Positions 39,070-51,560 of a DNA stretch of 64,000 nucleotides are shown in pieces. The notes under the pieces are model-generated. The model was not told where the DNA came from. It searched no databases and saw nothing but the letters and a program-made list of their open reading frames with translations. The DNA comes from Dicyema japonicum (taxonomy: Eukaryota; Animalia; Dicyemida). A program made the position numbers and the translations under genes. The DNA is taken from positions 472,811 through 536,810 of the forward strand of contig RDEW01000027.1 in the NCBI GenBank assembly GCA_011109175.1, written 5' to 3'. Numbering within the stretch: position 1 is the first letter of the stretch; every line of letters begins with the position of its first letter.

Positions 39070-40445
39070 ATGTGCTGCTGTTGGCTCACAGTTAGACTAC
39101 TTTATTTGACAGATCTTGGGAAATCAGAAAATTCGGAGAAAATATGTTACAAGTGCAAGAAAAAGATTCAAGACAGAAAGTTTTGTACTTTTATGAATTC
39201 CTTCTGGCACGACGATTGTATGAGGTGTTGTGAGTGCAACGAACCTCTCTATAAGAAATGTTTCTATAAACGTGATAATGTTTACTGCAACAAAGATTAC
39301 TTCAGGTATATCTACATCCAATATTCACTAGAATTTACGGAAAATGCCCAATGTGCGACAACCTAATTGAACAAAACACATATGTGTGGGTAGTTCAATC
39401 GTTCATGTACCATCTGAACTGTTTAAGATGCAAAATATGCGAAAATTTGTTTCAAACAAATCAAGAAGCCTACTACGCCAATAGGAAACATATTTACTGC
39501 AAAAAAGACTATTCACTATATTATAGTTGGTGACATTACCTAATCATAGTAAATGGCTCAATTACAGAACCTGTTAATATTGAGGCTAACAACGACTCAG
39601 ATAATTCGTCCTCTGTTAATGATGACAAATCTTATGGATCTGAAATTGAGTCGGAAAATGAGACACTAAAAAAACCAATGACAGGTGTGCCGCAAAAAAA
39701 GCGGGGACCGAGAACCTCAATCCGACCAGACCAAGTTAATCTACTGTTGAACGCCTTTAAAAAGTGTTCTAAACCATCGAGGCATACAAGAGAACAACTC
39801 GCAAGAGAAACAAATTTGAGTGTTAGGGTTATCCAGGTCCATCAATACTCAATATTATAGATTTGGTACCAAAATAAACGATCAAAGGAAAAGAAGAGTC
39901 TACAAACCCACGTGAAAAGAAATATGGGGCTATATAACTCAGGTTTACTTGAATTATCAACATTTAAAGGTCACATGTCTAATTATGTTAACCCTAAGGC
40001 TGGAGAGGGAGACGATAAATATAATTACTCAACTGTTCAGAATGACCGTAGAATTCACAATATGGGACGTGTCAACTTTAATTACCCAACTCCTCGGATA
40101 ATTGGGGGAATGTTCGACAATGGAAGAAATACCAACTACTCAGATGTTCAGAATGGGGGGAGAATGTATAATAACGGAGTAAACTACCTTGGATATGAAT
40201 ATGGGGACCATCATATACCATGCAATAATGGAGGGAATTACTGTAATTATTCTGAGAATCGCGACCAGAGTGAACTCATGGATGGCTACGAGAGAGGCAG
40301 AATTGTAATGGTAGAGGATATCGAAGATACTTGTAGCGACCGAGAACATATCGAAAACGTGGATAATTTAGAAAATAATGATTCAAATAGAAAAAGAATG
40401 AATAAAAACAAGTTCATTCCAAATGGCCGCCGTTATAATTTTTAG
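39070..40445 (+). CDS. LHX1/5: LIM-homeodomain transcription factor, Lhx1/5 (Lim1) class; start codon uncertain
   Basis: Two LIM domains and homeodomain KKRGPRTSI..KPSRHTREQLARETNLSVRVIQ|IWYQNKRSKEKK; introns 39306-39331, 39526-39549 and 39837-39860. Confidence 0.9.
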
Positions 40446-41897
40446 CTTATATTGATTTTAATGTTTATAGTTTTTATGGTAAAAAAACTTACAATTGTGT
40501 ACTCTATGAAAAAATTATATTTACTATTGATTCATTGGTTTGGTCGGTTTTGTCGCTGTGTCCCACCTTTTTTCTAGACTTTTTCTCGGTCCCCACTTCT
40601 TTTGTCTTGGTTCGCTTTCGATTTTTCTTCCACACCAGATATATCTGATTGATCTCTAGAAGCATTTGCTTTTGGTTGTTACTATTCGGTTAGCTACCGG
40701 TTTCCTTCATTTGAAGAAATTGGGAGTCATTGAGCTGTTGACGTAACTCTGATTCACTATGCCATAGCTCTAGTGCACTCAATGTTTTCATCTTTTCAAG
40801 GAGGATACAACTTTCAGTCCCTTTTTTAATAGTCAGAAGACTTTGGAGATTCAATGTTCTGAATTAAGGAAACATCGAATAAAACAATGTTTTTGTTCGA
40901 ATCCCATCTTTTCCGTTAAAGGTAACTTGATAACTCGGCCTTCAGGAAGATCAAGAGGATTATTATCTATCAATTCCCGATCGGTCTCAATAATAATCAA
41001 TTCGAATTTTAAGCTTTAAAATTTTCTATTTTCAAAAATTGACAAATTTCTGAGCAAATTCATGTAATTTATAGATTGTGATTATCCCATATGAAAGTGT
41101 GTGATTCAAATATTTTCCTAATATTTAAGGGTAGAATTAACAGTCAATTCAAATTTGGATGGTCGATCGATCGTTAATAATGCTAGGTAAATACTATGTA
41201 GTGAAGCACTCCAAATCTACTTCAAACCCAAACAGCTCTCTGTGGGTTGATTTGGACAATTTAAATGATAATTTATATTGAAGTGAGAATTTAAAACTAA
41301 TCAAATAAAATCACGTTTATAGCTGAGAAACAAAGGCGGTATTAGCAGAAAAGATTTAAAGATTATCATAAAACCAAGAAATCTCCATTAAATTAAAAGG
41401 GAATGCGTCCATTAGGTGATCCCTGCGTCTTTCAGTAAGCTCGGTATTTTTTTCAAGATCCCATGCTGTCTGTATTCTCGCTGTTCAGTCTGGGATTCGC
41501 GTGAGATGAGCTGAAAGCCTTATTAGGGTCTCAAAGGGGGTAGGGTCTTTCACTTAAACTTCAGTAACTAAGGACTGGAAGTTAGAGATCTCCCTTGAAG
41601 AGACCTCTATTCCAAAGACAGAAAATTTCAAAATATTCTGACTTTAATACGATTCTTTATGACTTTCTTTTGAAATCCTAATTAAAGGATTTCCTCAAGG
41701 TCTGATGACATCGGATCTGGCAGTCGTGGGTCAGATCCAAATGATGGACTTTGATCTAAAATCAATTATCGTTAAACAGATCTCACCTGTGAAGTGACGA
41801 GTCTTTCTGGCACGACACAGTTGTTGAAGGGAATCTTCCCACCTTCTTCCTGACCAAAACCACCCTTCCCCAAAGAATAAAGTAATATCCACGACAG

Positions 41898-42390
41898 GTA
41901 GGACGTGTGATGAAAATGGAAGAGGGCTGACCTACTTTTCCACCTCTCTTCAAAAGCAGAAGCCTTTAATGAACTATTGGTAGATGGAATTGGTCGGCAC
42001 AGGTAGACGTTATCCATTGGGTTCCTTCCTTTGATTAATTAGTAGTGACCGTTTGTGTCTGGCATACAAAAGATTGTTTGGGGTTAATAAAAACAATAGG
42101 AATACTGTATGGAATCGCATCATATTGTTGAGTATGCTAGATTCGAATCTCTTCCTCCATTATTTTTTAGAAAATAGGTCGATATGCATGAAGATCCTAT
42201 GTCTGCTATCAAAAACCAGTCTTCCGCTAATCCTCACTTGGAAACATCAACGTGGGATAAAGTTGATAAAAGAACTGATTAATAAATCGTCTGGTCCGTG
42301 CCGATCAATTCCATCATCAAATAGTCCATTACAGGATTGGAGAAGAGAAGTAGGTCCGCCCTTTTCCAATTTCATCACACGTCCTACCGT
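41898..42390. repeat. Diverged ~100-bp inverted repeat of an unclassified family (third copy ~59110-59200)
   Basis: ggtaggacgtgtgatgaaa..gatggaattg(g/a)tcggcac on + at 41898-42003 and on - at 42293-42388. Confidence 0.6.
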
Positions 42391-42639
42391 CGCAGATATC
42401 ACTCCATTCTATCTCTGCAAAACTGACTTTTAAATCTAAAAAAATAAAAGTAAAATTCATGTTATTTTATAATTTATTAACCTCGGATATACCGAGAGAT
42501 AAGTTAATAAATCAGTTTCCATGGTTGCAGAAACAGAAACTTTCCAATATCACATACAAGTCCATTCAGAACCAGTGAAAGGGGAAAAACCTCAAGTTTT
42601 TTGCAGTTTGGAAACTCATCTAAAGAGTTGGCAGAGAAA

Positions 42640-43060
42640 ATTGAAATAATGTTGATTCATTAACGCTTTAACTATCAACTGCGTTAGAAAGAACCACAGG
42701 GACTATTCCCCTCAATTTCTTTGAGAGAAGAGCATACTTCCGTTTCTTCTCTAACTATTCGGTATTGAAATGAATTATTCCAAAGGCCAAAAGTAAAACC
42801 AAACTGACTAATCCCGTGAACCCGACGCGTTCCAGTAGACCCTTTAAAACAAGCACGATGATTCAGAGGACATCGTCCGGGAGCTGAGGTCTAAGCCAGA
42901 ATTCGTCGCCAAGGAACAAAATAGTCTCCCGGTTGAATTAAGAATGGATCTTTGATGTGTCTCTTGAGTAAAATGGATCCAGAAGCGTGTAAGCTTTCTG
43001 ATTCCCGGGGGGAGTATGTGATTATGATACCCCTAATAACTTAAGAAATCGTGACTAAAT
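42640..43060 (-). mobile_element. Decayed CRE-like fragment
   Basis: Matches 46900-46970 and, more weakly, 25310-25380. Confidence 0.45.
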
Positions 43061-43706
43061 AAATTACAGATGTTGTCATAAATGAAAATGAATAAAAGAT
43101 CAAATAAGAGTGAGGTGGTTCATTTTTACTTTATTAACAAAAAACAAAAAGTCACTTACTTTCATTTCCAATCGCTTCAATGTTGTCAACAAATGCCTGC
43201 ACCACAGCTTCTTTCATCTCGCTTGTCAGGAATTTCTTTTAAATGCAAATCAAGGATAAACTTGACTGATTTGACATCGGGGACCTTAATAGTAGACACT
43301 GTGGGTAATAAACGATATGATATACACAAAGTTGGAAACACATCCCATCCAAGCTCAGCTAATAAAGCGAGAAAGTCTTCACCGATGTCAATAGAGCACG
43401 GTGATAGATAGCAGTCGATCTTGTCTATGATGAAAAAACATCTAAAAAAAAGTGAGTATAACTTAATAACGTGAACTTTATGGCTTGGAGCTGCTGCGTC
43501 TATGGCCCCCTTCTATGCACGCCCCTGGGTGGACCAGAAGTAAAAAAGAGAAGAAATCCTCCCCTGTTTCTTCTTGGTTGAGGTGGTGACGTGCCTCTTT
43601 TGCACAAGATGTCTTCTTCGTGCATTCAATCTTCCCTGTTCACTATTAGATTTAATATTTAAATCTATTTTATCCTAATATTCTATTTTAATTTAAATTA
43701 TGATTT

Positions 43707-44373
43707 GGGGTTTACCCATGTCAAGAAGTTGGTGGATTGTTGGATGATGACTCACTTCGTACAGCTGTATGTCTACACCTCGGATTGCCTGTTTGCACCA
43801 AATCAAAGTGCAAATGTGGCTGTCTATCGGACGAACTGGGTCTCCACCTCCTCTCATGCCGGAGCGGAATTGGCAGATCTTCTCGACATTCGGCAATGAA
43901 CGGCATCATTAAGAGGGCATTAGAATCGGCTGGATTCCGTTGCCGGATCGAACCGACTGGTCTATTTGACAACGGAAGACGCCCTGACGGCATGACCTCC
44001 TTTCCTTTTGAGCGAGGGCGAAACCTTGTATGGGATGTGACCTGTGTCTGCTCTTTCGCCCCAAGCAAAAAAATAATTCACCGGGCAGACCTTCTTCTCA
44101 AGCAGAGGAAGTAAAAAATGCTAAATATTCGGATATCAGCGACAGGTACATTTTCGCACCTGTCGCGATTGAAACTTCGGGGAACTTTGGCCCTAAAACG
44201 CTGAAGTTCCTGAACCATTTGGGAAAACTACTAACTGACAAAACTGGTGATCTTCGTGAGACGAGATGGCTCAAGGAGAGGCTCTCGTTGGCTGTTGTCC
44301 GTGGGAATAGCTTGTGCATCTCCCAACAGCTGAATTAAAATTAACTATTCTTTTTCCTTATAATAATAATGAG
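43707..44373 (+). mobile_element. 5'-truncated CRE-like element with 15-bp TSD
   Basis: CKCG..HLLSC, RHSAMN, RRPDG, LVWDVTC, VAIETSG and VRGNS motifs; TSD tttaaattatgattt at 43692-43706 and 44374-44388. Confidence 0.9.
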
Positions 44374-44419
44374 TTTAAATTATGATTTTAACACAAAAGT
44401 CTGGTGGATTTTTATAAAA

Positions 44420-44866
44420 TTAGCAGCGTTGATAGCTTCTCTCACAGCGTGCTAGCTCATGCGGAAAGCCTACGCTGTGCAATTCGCCTCGCTCACAGTT
44501 AGCTATCTAACATACAAATTGATAATTGTAAATTCATGAATTCGAATTGATTAAATTCTCAACATAATTTATGTGTTTATTTTTTGCTGTTTCTCACGTG
44601 GTTCCTAGCTTTACTAAGATACCAAAAATATTATTTTATTCCGTTTTAGGAAATAATTTTTTCACCTCTTCTTTACCGATACCAAAAATATCATATTTAC
44701 CCTATTTTGGGGCAAAATATTTTCGATTTATTTTAACTTAGGGACTAATTCTTTCTTGGTCCTTACTTTGGATTCGTGCAATAAAGATCATTTTTATTTA
44801 TTTTAGGAAGATGGTTGCATGGATGGAGGATGTACAGACACATACACAAAGCTAGTGTTACATAGA
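44420..44866 (-). mobile_element. Possible non-autonomous Helitron-like element
   Basis: Minus strand begins A|TC and ends CTAA|T; hairpins near the 3' end (cacagcgt/acgctgtg, gatagct/agctatc); short microsatellite-like tract near the 5' end. Confidence 0.4.
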
Positions 44867-44974
44867 TCTGTAGTCCTCAACCTGATCGATGAGTTTTATA
44901 TTTTTAGGTGATCGAATTCTAATTTTGGGCAATGGAATTTATAATTAGAAATTATTTAATGTTAACCATGTTAA

Positions 44975-45245
44975 ACTCGACAGTCATGAGAGCTATCGAG
45001 GATGTCGAGTTTACTTACCTTTTGGAACCTGTCGGTCTTGACAGAGGTGATGGCAAGAGGCGACATAACACCCATGTCATGGAGCCGAGGGAGGTGTCTT
45101 GCTTGGGATTAATTGGCCGAGAACGTATGATTTATCAGGTTAATCGGACGGCTTATGGGAAAGCGGGAGGGTGAACCTATTATGAGAGGTAACTCCTATT
45201 GCGTGCTCGATGCCTTCAGGTCACAATGGAGACCAGTAACAACTT
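44975..45245 (+). mobile_element. CRE-like RLE fragment
   Basis: LEPVGLDRGDGKR motif. Confidence 0.65.
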
Positions 45246-45344
45246 TATGCTAATAAATTGTTATTGAAAAAAATATTTAATTGATAAAAAATCAAATATT
45301 AATATTTTTTAAATGGCTAAATATTAAGAAATGTGAAATAAATT

Positions 45345-45620
45345 TGAGGCAGTGTCATAAATGCCAAAGTCCTGATTGCCTCGTATTCGAATCTAGCTGC
45401 TGTACATTCCGGCTGAAGATTCTACTCATCATCAGTGAATATTTCATTGCGGAACCGGATTGTCTGAATATGACTCACGCAACAAAAATAAAAAGTAGTT
45501 AAAAACATTTCTCTTTTCCTCCCTTTCAACGATTAGTTTTATAACTGTTCTTTACAAAATAAAGCGTGTATCTTGGCTATAAGGAGCTATTATTGCTATC
45601 GTGAAAAGGCTTTATTATGT
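45345..45620 (+). mobile_element. tRNA-SINE with internal deletion
   Basis: attcgaatc B box, body tcatcagtga..gcggaaccgg, tail cgtgaaaaggc. Confidence 0.75.
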
Positions 45621-45748
45621 CGCGCGCAGTGTGAGCAACCATGCACAATGCGCAACAAATCATGTGTCAATGTCATATGACAAAATCATGTCAATCAATA
45701 TCACGATTAATTACTGAAATAAGATAATCTTGAGTTAATTTATTACAT

Positions 45749-46323
45749 TTGCTTCCAATGCTGTGGAGAAAGGCGTCCGTCTTCGCGCCTACAGTTCCAG
45801 TTGTCTCCACAGCAATGGGGGCGAAATGGTAGTGGTCTCTGAGGGATTCGTACTTATGGATCTTCTTGACCTCCGCCTGGTCGGCTGCGTCTCCAGGAAA
45901 GTGCGTCGCCGTCAGCGATCTGGCTCCTGAGAAGGTGTCCACACACGTTGCGTCCCAGACGAGTGATTTTCCGTGGGAGTATGGGAATAACGTCATTTCA
46001 TCCGGCCTTTTCCCGTCGCCTCTGTCAAGCCCAATGGTTCCAATTGGCCCGGAAATCCCGCAGCATTGAGGGCTCGAAAAATGAAGTCATTGAGGGCTGC
46101 TTGGTGCGGGATCGACCAGTACTCCTTCGGCAAGAGAGTGGATGTAATCTTTTCGTATCAACGTCCCTGCCACAACGGCATTTGTGTCTAAAAAGGTGCG
46201 AGTCACGGGAGGGACTCTGGTTGAGGCAGAGGCTCGAAATGGCGATTATCAGAGGTAACGCCTTCGCCATTCTGTCGTCCTAATTATTGCCTAACTTTCA
46301 TTATTTAAAAATAACTGTTAATT
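45749..46323 (+). mobile_element. CRE-like insertion with inverted 5' segment and 11-bp TSD
   Basis: 45749-~46188 is antisense CCHC/RLE; ~46189-46323 is the sense 3' end; TSD atttattacat at 45738-45748 and 46324-46334. Confidence 0.85.
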
Positions 46324-47129
46324 ATTTATTACATCAAAATTAATTATATTTTCTTGACCATGTGAATTGGAGTAATTTTTTTCACCAGTTGATAAAAATA
46401 TTTTTTACATTCTAACCTCTACACGATTGTTTGATAATGAACTCAAAATTTCTACATTCTCACTGTTTGGACTCTCAAATTTATTCAGCCTTAGAGAGGA
46501 TTAGTTCCATAATCTTTTAAAACTCTAACCTACATTTAATTATTTAATAAAAACTTGATCTCCTATAGAAAACGTGTATTTACCATGATGAACATTCATC
46601 TTTTTGTTCATTTTCTTAAAATAAGGTGAATTCAAATTTGGCTTAATGAATTTAAGTTGAAAGTTTTCTAATTTTAAAATCATTTTTCCAAATCATTTAA
46701 AAATTAAAGTAAAGTAAAAAAATACAACAACATGCAGTATAAAATAATAGTTTGTTTTTTCACTTTGGTTCTATGGCTAATTGGATAAAACTTCTTTTCT
46801 TTCCCTCTGATAGCTTCATTGGATTCATTTTACTCAGGAGATGTTCAATGCCAGGTCTGCATTCAAAGTGACCCAACTATTCATTCCTTCCTGAAACGAT
46901 TTCTTTCTCTGGCGACGAGTTCTGGAATCGACTTCAGCTCCCTAGACAACGTCCTCTGGATCATTGTTCTTGGCTAAAGGTTCTGTTGGAACGCGTCAGG
47001 ATCAAGGAATTAGTTTGGTTTCACCCTTGGTCATTGCAATAATTCTATATATTATTTATATATCTAAAATGATTTCAAAAGCAGAGTCCCATAAATTGAC
47101 GAATCATTTCCAGAAATGAATGTATTATC

Positions 47130-47330
47130 AGGGAGTCGAAACTTTGGAGATTATGACTACTTAGCAATGATTATATCCGCCGAAGAATCGACGAGAATAG
47201 ATATTTCAAAAAATATTTCAGATATTAAAAACACCTAATTTTCTCTTCAAATGTATTTTCACCTTCATATCTTTCTGAAAGAGAATTCAGATCTCTCACC
47301 GACCGAATACCGCCAATAGCAATTAGAAGC
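47130..47330 (+). mobile_element. hAT transposase dimerisation-domain remnant
   Basis: FSPSYLSEREFRSL..EYRQ resembles F.STYLCE..FS.L..K.KYR.RL. Confidence 0.4.
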
Positions 47331-48029
47331 TTACATTGTGACAAAGCCAAACCTTACAACCTGATGTTTATGATATCTTTGGTCAAGTTTTTCTGTGTAG
47401 AATCTAAGTATGACTGGAAACAAAAGAACATCTGAGACTGTACGTGAACTTCGGCATGTGGATACAGTTATTTGTGAGAAAAAATGCAACCTAGAAAAAT
47501 GCAACATGGGCATCAAGCAGCTGCAGTTTTTGGGACATGGAATATTATGAAGCAAATTGAAAGTTTGTGATCGAGCTGATATTCGATTTTAATCAAGTCA
47601 ATTTTTAAACAAAAATGTTTTATTTTTAACTACACAAACAGTTAACAACTAGAAGTTCCTTTCAGTCAAGGCTGGCCCCTTCAGAATTGAAAACGCATTC
47701 CCCTAACGATTTGTAAGAAAATGCTCTGTCAAATTACGCCTGATATATCAAAAAAGTCATCAGTTCCAAGGATCATATTATTTTAATGATTATTACAGTA
47801 TTTTTGTTTACAATGCATGAGTGGGTTATTAACTCAATAAAATTAAGAAACAAAGGCAAAATGATAAAATAACATTATTAATAAATGCCTATAAATCTGC
47901 AAACTATTAAAAATTTTTTAATTCGTATTAAGTTGCAGAAATTGTCGTCAATGCTGAAATATGAATAACCCTCATTGTCGAGACTGTCATACATATTCCC
48001 AAAGGGAATCTTCCAATTACTAAAAACTA

Positions 48030-48480
48030 TACGATGTCCTATTCGTATTCCTTACCGACTTCTCCGTTCACTCTGGGTTCTTTTAATTGCAGAGGACTTA
48101 AACAACCTTACAAGAAACAACAACTGGTATGCGATCTAACAAAATACGACTTCTCTGTCTGCTGTCTACAAGAGACAAAAACGACCGTACAATTTACAGA
48201 ACTTTTTAGAAAATTCCACCTTTTTATCCTCTCATCGGCCTGCCGACATTATGGTTTCGGATTTGCAGTCCATCAGGATCTGATTCACTGTGTTACAAGA
48301 GTGTGAGCAGCATCTAATATTATAATGGAAATGGCGGACGACCTAGACTATCTAAGAGAACTAGGGCGCAACAGAGGATCATGGTCGAGGCTGACGGAGA
48401 GAATGATTAGGAATACGTCACAAGGGAAACTTAACTAATTTTATGTTTTCTCGGGAGTGCTTTTTAATAATAATAATACA
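48030..48480 (+). mobile_element. Non-autonomous internally deleted mini-RTE, copy 1
   Basis: APE N-terminus (GSFNCRGL, CCLQETK) fused to RTE C-terminus and tail; same junction as 58214-58680. Confidence 0.9.
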
Positions 48481-48949
48481 ATTCTGTAATGATTATAAGA
48501 AGGATTGACGACATGCCGTTTATTATTACTTTCCAAATCATTTAAAGTCGTCACAATAAGAGTTTTATTTTTTAACGAATTTAAATCATCTAAAAAGCTT
48601 GTAATATATTCTCTGCGACGGATGATGCAATAGCCAAGGTCGGCAATTATTGTGCATTTCAATAGCCCTTGTGCCAAGGATGTTTCCATTATTACACCGC
48701 AGCTTAGGCAGAACTCAATTTATTTAAGAAGTAAAATAGTATTTTATTGAACAGGGAGAACATAACCATATGATGCTGAAAAAGCTTAATTTTTATATTT
48801 TTATCAGAAAAGACAAGAGCAGCTTTTACTCAAAAAGTCTCGAATATAGAGCATCTGATAAACCATCACCAAAGTCAAGGGTTTTGTGATAAAAAATTAC
48901 TAATTGTGAATAATTTATTACATAGCAAAACAATCAAAGTAATCTAGCT

Positions 48950-49450
48950 AGGTCATTGATTGGATGTTTCTCCTGACAATTGCAGAGAAATTCTCTGGAA
49001 CACCCACTTGGTCTCCCGACGTTCTTTACTCGCTTTCGATATCATAGACCCGAGCGATCTTAGAAAAAAGACCGTCTTGGGCCCGAAGACTCCGGGCATC
49101 ACGACTACTACAGGCTGCATATAGAATTTTGTTGAGAGGCTGTCATTTTTTCTTATTTTGACATTCTCGAAATTACGAGAAGCCTCCCCAGCTTTCAACG
49201 CGGAGCCTGAAAGTCTCAAATTATAAGATGTCGGTGCAGCCCCCTTCCAAATCAAGCATTTTTCTAGAGAGAAGGGGAAGACAGTTTCCCCGTCCGGAAG
49301 TTTTCTATCTCCACGATCCAGGATTACCGGTTCCAGAGATGACGGGAATCCAATCGCCTTAAGAGAGAGCTTCACAACCCCTTGATGGCGGAATGTCTCG
49401 GGATCCTGTCACTAATGAGACGGCAAGAAAACGGGTGAATCCTTTGTAAC
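48950..49450 (-). mobile_element. 5'-truncated CRE-like element
   Basis: GFPSSLEPVILDRGDRKLPDG and GVFGPKT..WVFQRISLQ motifs. Confidence 0.8.
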
Positions 49451-49524
49451 ATTACAATAGTTATTATGGGAGACATAAATCACTGCCAGGAGCGAAAATT
49501 TTTTCATAGGGGGATACGAAAAAA

Positions 49525-49547
49525 AAGTTGAGATCACTGGTCTAGAT
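49525..49547. mobile_element. hAT/Charlie-type terminal inverted repeat plus target-like octamer
   Basis: gttgagatcactg|gtctagat resembles the reverse complement of CAGTGGTTCTCAAC followed by NTCTAGAN. Confidence 0.4.
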
Positions 49548-50337
49548 TATTTTAAATTAGATTTAATTTATTAATTTGATCTGTAGATAGATATCGTTTA
49601 GTAGCAATTTGTTAAGGCATGTCTTGTCATGATCCAAGAATGCTCTCGACAACTTTTAACTATTTTTATTTACTGTGTCGAAAGCCAAAAAGTCTATTTA
49701 TCGTACATGACTGTAGGTTTTTACTTTTTGGCACAAGACGATGAACCATCAAAGTACCCATACCGCATTTGCGGTCGACCGTGCAATGCAAAATCCACTC
49801 TGGCTTAAAGATAAGAAATATTCATTGGCCTTGTCCTTGATTTTGATCAAAACAATAAGAAAAAGTTTTGTCATGTATTAAGTTAATCTTCGACTAGTCC
49901 ACGATTAGAGAAGTTTAATTCCCTTAGTCGATAAGTAATCTCTTATGGCCTCTCCCACAAAGCACCTCTACCACAAAGTATATATTTATCAAGTCCTCAC
50001 GTTGATCTCTTCTTGACCAAGTCCATGTGGTTCGGGGCCCAAGTATTTTGTTATTTTCAATTGTCAACATGGCACGCGTGGACACTAAGTCGCGTATTTT
50101 CTCAGTTCAGGTTTGGTTTTTTGGCGGGGAAGATTTTCCGAAGAGTTCTTTACGGATCAGTGAGCGTCTTTTTTATTATCACTGAGAAAGAAGTTAACAG
50201 CTGACTTACTATTATTTACATTTTATTTGTTTCTTATATTTTATATAAATTTGTTTAATAAAATTATATTTATACATTTTTTTCACAAATGGCAAACCTA
50301 AAGTTAATAAATTGACACACAACATTAAATTGATAAA

Positions 50338-51560
50338 ATGTTGTCGCTTCTACTTTTCTTTGTGATTTATGTTAATAACTGTATAAAATTGTAATTAAGG
50401 ATTAGTTGAGTCTGATGATGGTCTGTTTTGGCAGATTACAGATATTCACATTCAATCTCCTAAAGGGCGAATAGACGAAAAGAGTCCCTACTTTCAACTA
50501 GTACTATCAACTCTAGAATTTATGTCCGAAAAGCTTAGTAATCCCGACTTTATTGCCTGGACCGGGTAAATCACACTAATAATGATATTAGTGACACAAT
50601 CTCCCACTCAGCATGCGAACCAGACAGTGAAGGGCCACTTCCTATCATAAATTGGGTTACAACAAAAATACATCGATTTTTTCCCAGCACACAATTAGTT
50701 CCTGTGTTAGGTAATCACGACTTTTGCCCGGCAAATGAATGGCCAATTGACAATCCCAAATTTTATGAAAATTTCATATATAATGCCGGATGGTCTAGTC
50801 TATTCTCCTATGATGCATACTATAGCTTCCTTCAGGGGGGGTTTTACTCTATAAGAATATCGAAGACTCTGGACATTATAGTCCTTAATTCTGTCCATTG
50901 GATATTCCCCAACAAGAACAATCGGAATTCGAATGATCCGGCTGGCCAATTTGAATGGCTGGAAAAAAGATTAATTGCTGCTAAAATAGAAATAAGCACG
51001 TGTTAATTCTGTCACACGTTCCTCCTGGACATGAGCCTAACATGACAAGAAAATATAACATTCCAAGATTTAACAACCGATTCAACACGATAATAGGAAA
51101 GTTTGAGGATACTATTGTGGGAGTTCTTTGTGGGCATCTCCACCATGATGTTATGTTTACTGATCCTCAGGTATTCAATAAGGCAATCTATGTTGCCCCC
51201 TCCATGTCGAGAATAAACGGGAGTCCTGGAGTCCGCATTTACCGTTATAGCAGGAGAACGGGGGAGATTAAGGACTATCAACAGTATTATTTAACAGAAA
51301 CTGGGAGATGGGTTGATTACACACAGAAATACGTATACTCTGTTGATGGCAATGATGCTTACACACTGAGGGAGTCAGTTAAATCCAAGATATGCACCTA
51401 CATTAAGTTATTCGACTTTTCTAGTGAGGAACCTAACAGTTGTGATACACTGTGTGTCAGATCAATATATTGCTCCTTGCTATCACTCACTCCAGAAAAA
51501 TATAATACTTGTATGAGTATTACGGCCTACCACGAAATGCTGGAGGGACTCGAATGCTGA
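50338..51560 (+). CDS. SMPDL3: Acid sphingomyelinase-like phosphodiesterase (SMPDL3 family), signal peptide, two tiny introns, one frameshift near 50991
   Basis: FWQITDIH, PDFIAWTG|D, LGNHD, DPAGQFEWLE, HVPPG, GHLHHD and PGVRIY motifs; introns 50381-50405 and 50566-50591. Confidence 0.88.

Noticed and set aside
43577-43650. HDV-like ribozyme at RTE 5' ends (gtgcctcttttgcac; also ~57035 and ~58645-58680)
   Set aside because: P1, P1.1, P2 and the catalytic C context could not be built; these appear to be orphan RTE 5' ends.
47331-47560. LRR N-cap protein (CPKNCSC)
   Set aside because: No leucine-rich repeats follow; a single motif is insufficient.
23169-48306. TGA-to-Trp code reassignment (TGA at Trp positions 23169 and 48304)
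   Set aside because: Both lie in decaying TE copies, host genes use TGG for conserved Trp, and SMPDL3 terminates at TGA.
44868-49539. Single 4.7-kb hAT element bounded by TIR-like ends at 44868 and 49539
   Set aside because: The TIRs are degenerate and the flanking octamers (acatagat vs gtctagat) match only partly; parts are reported separately at low confidence.
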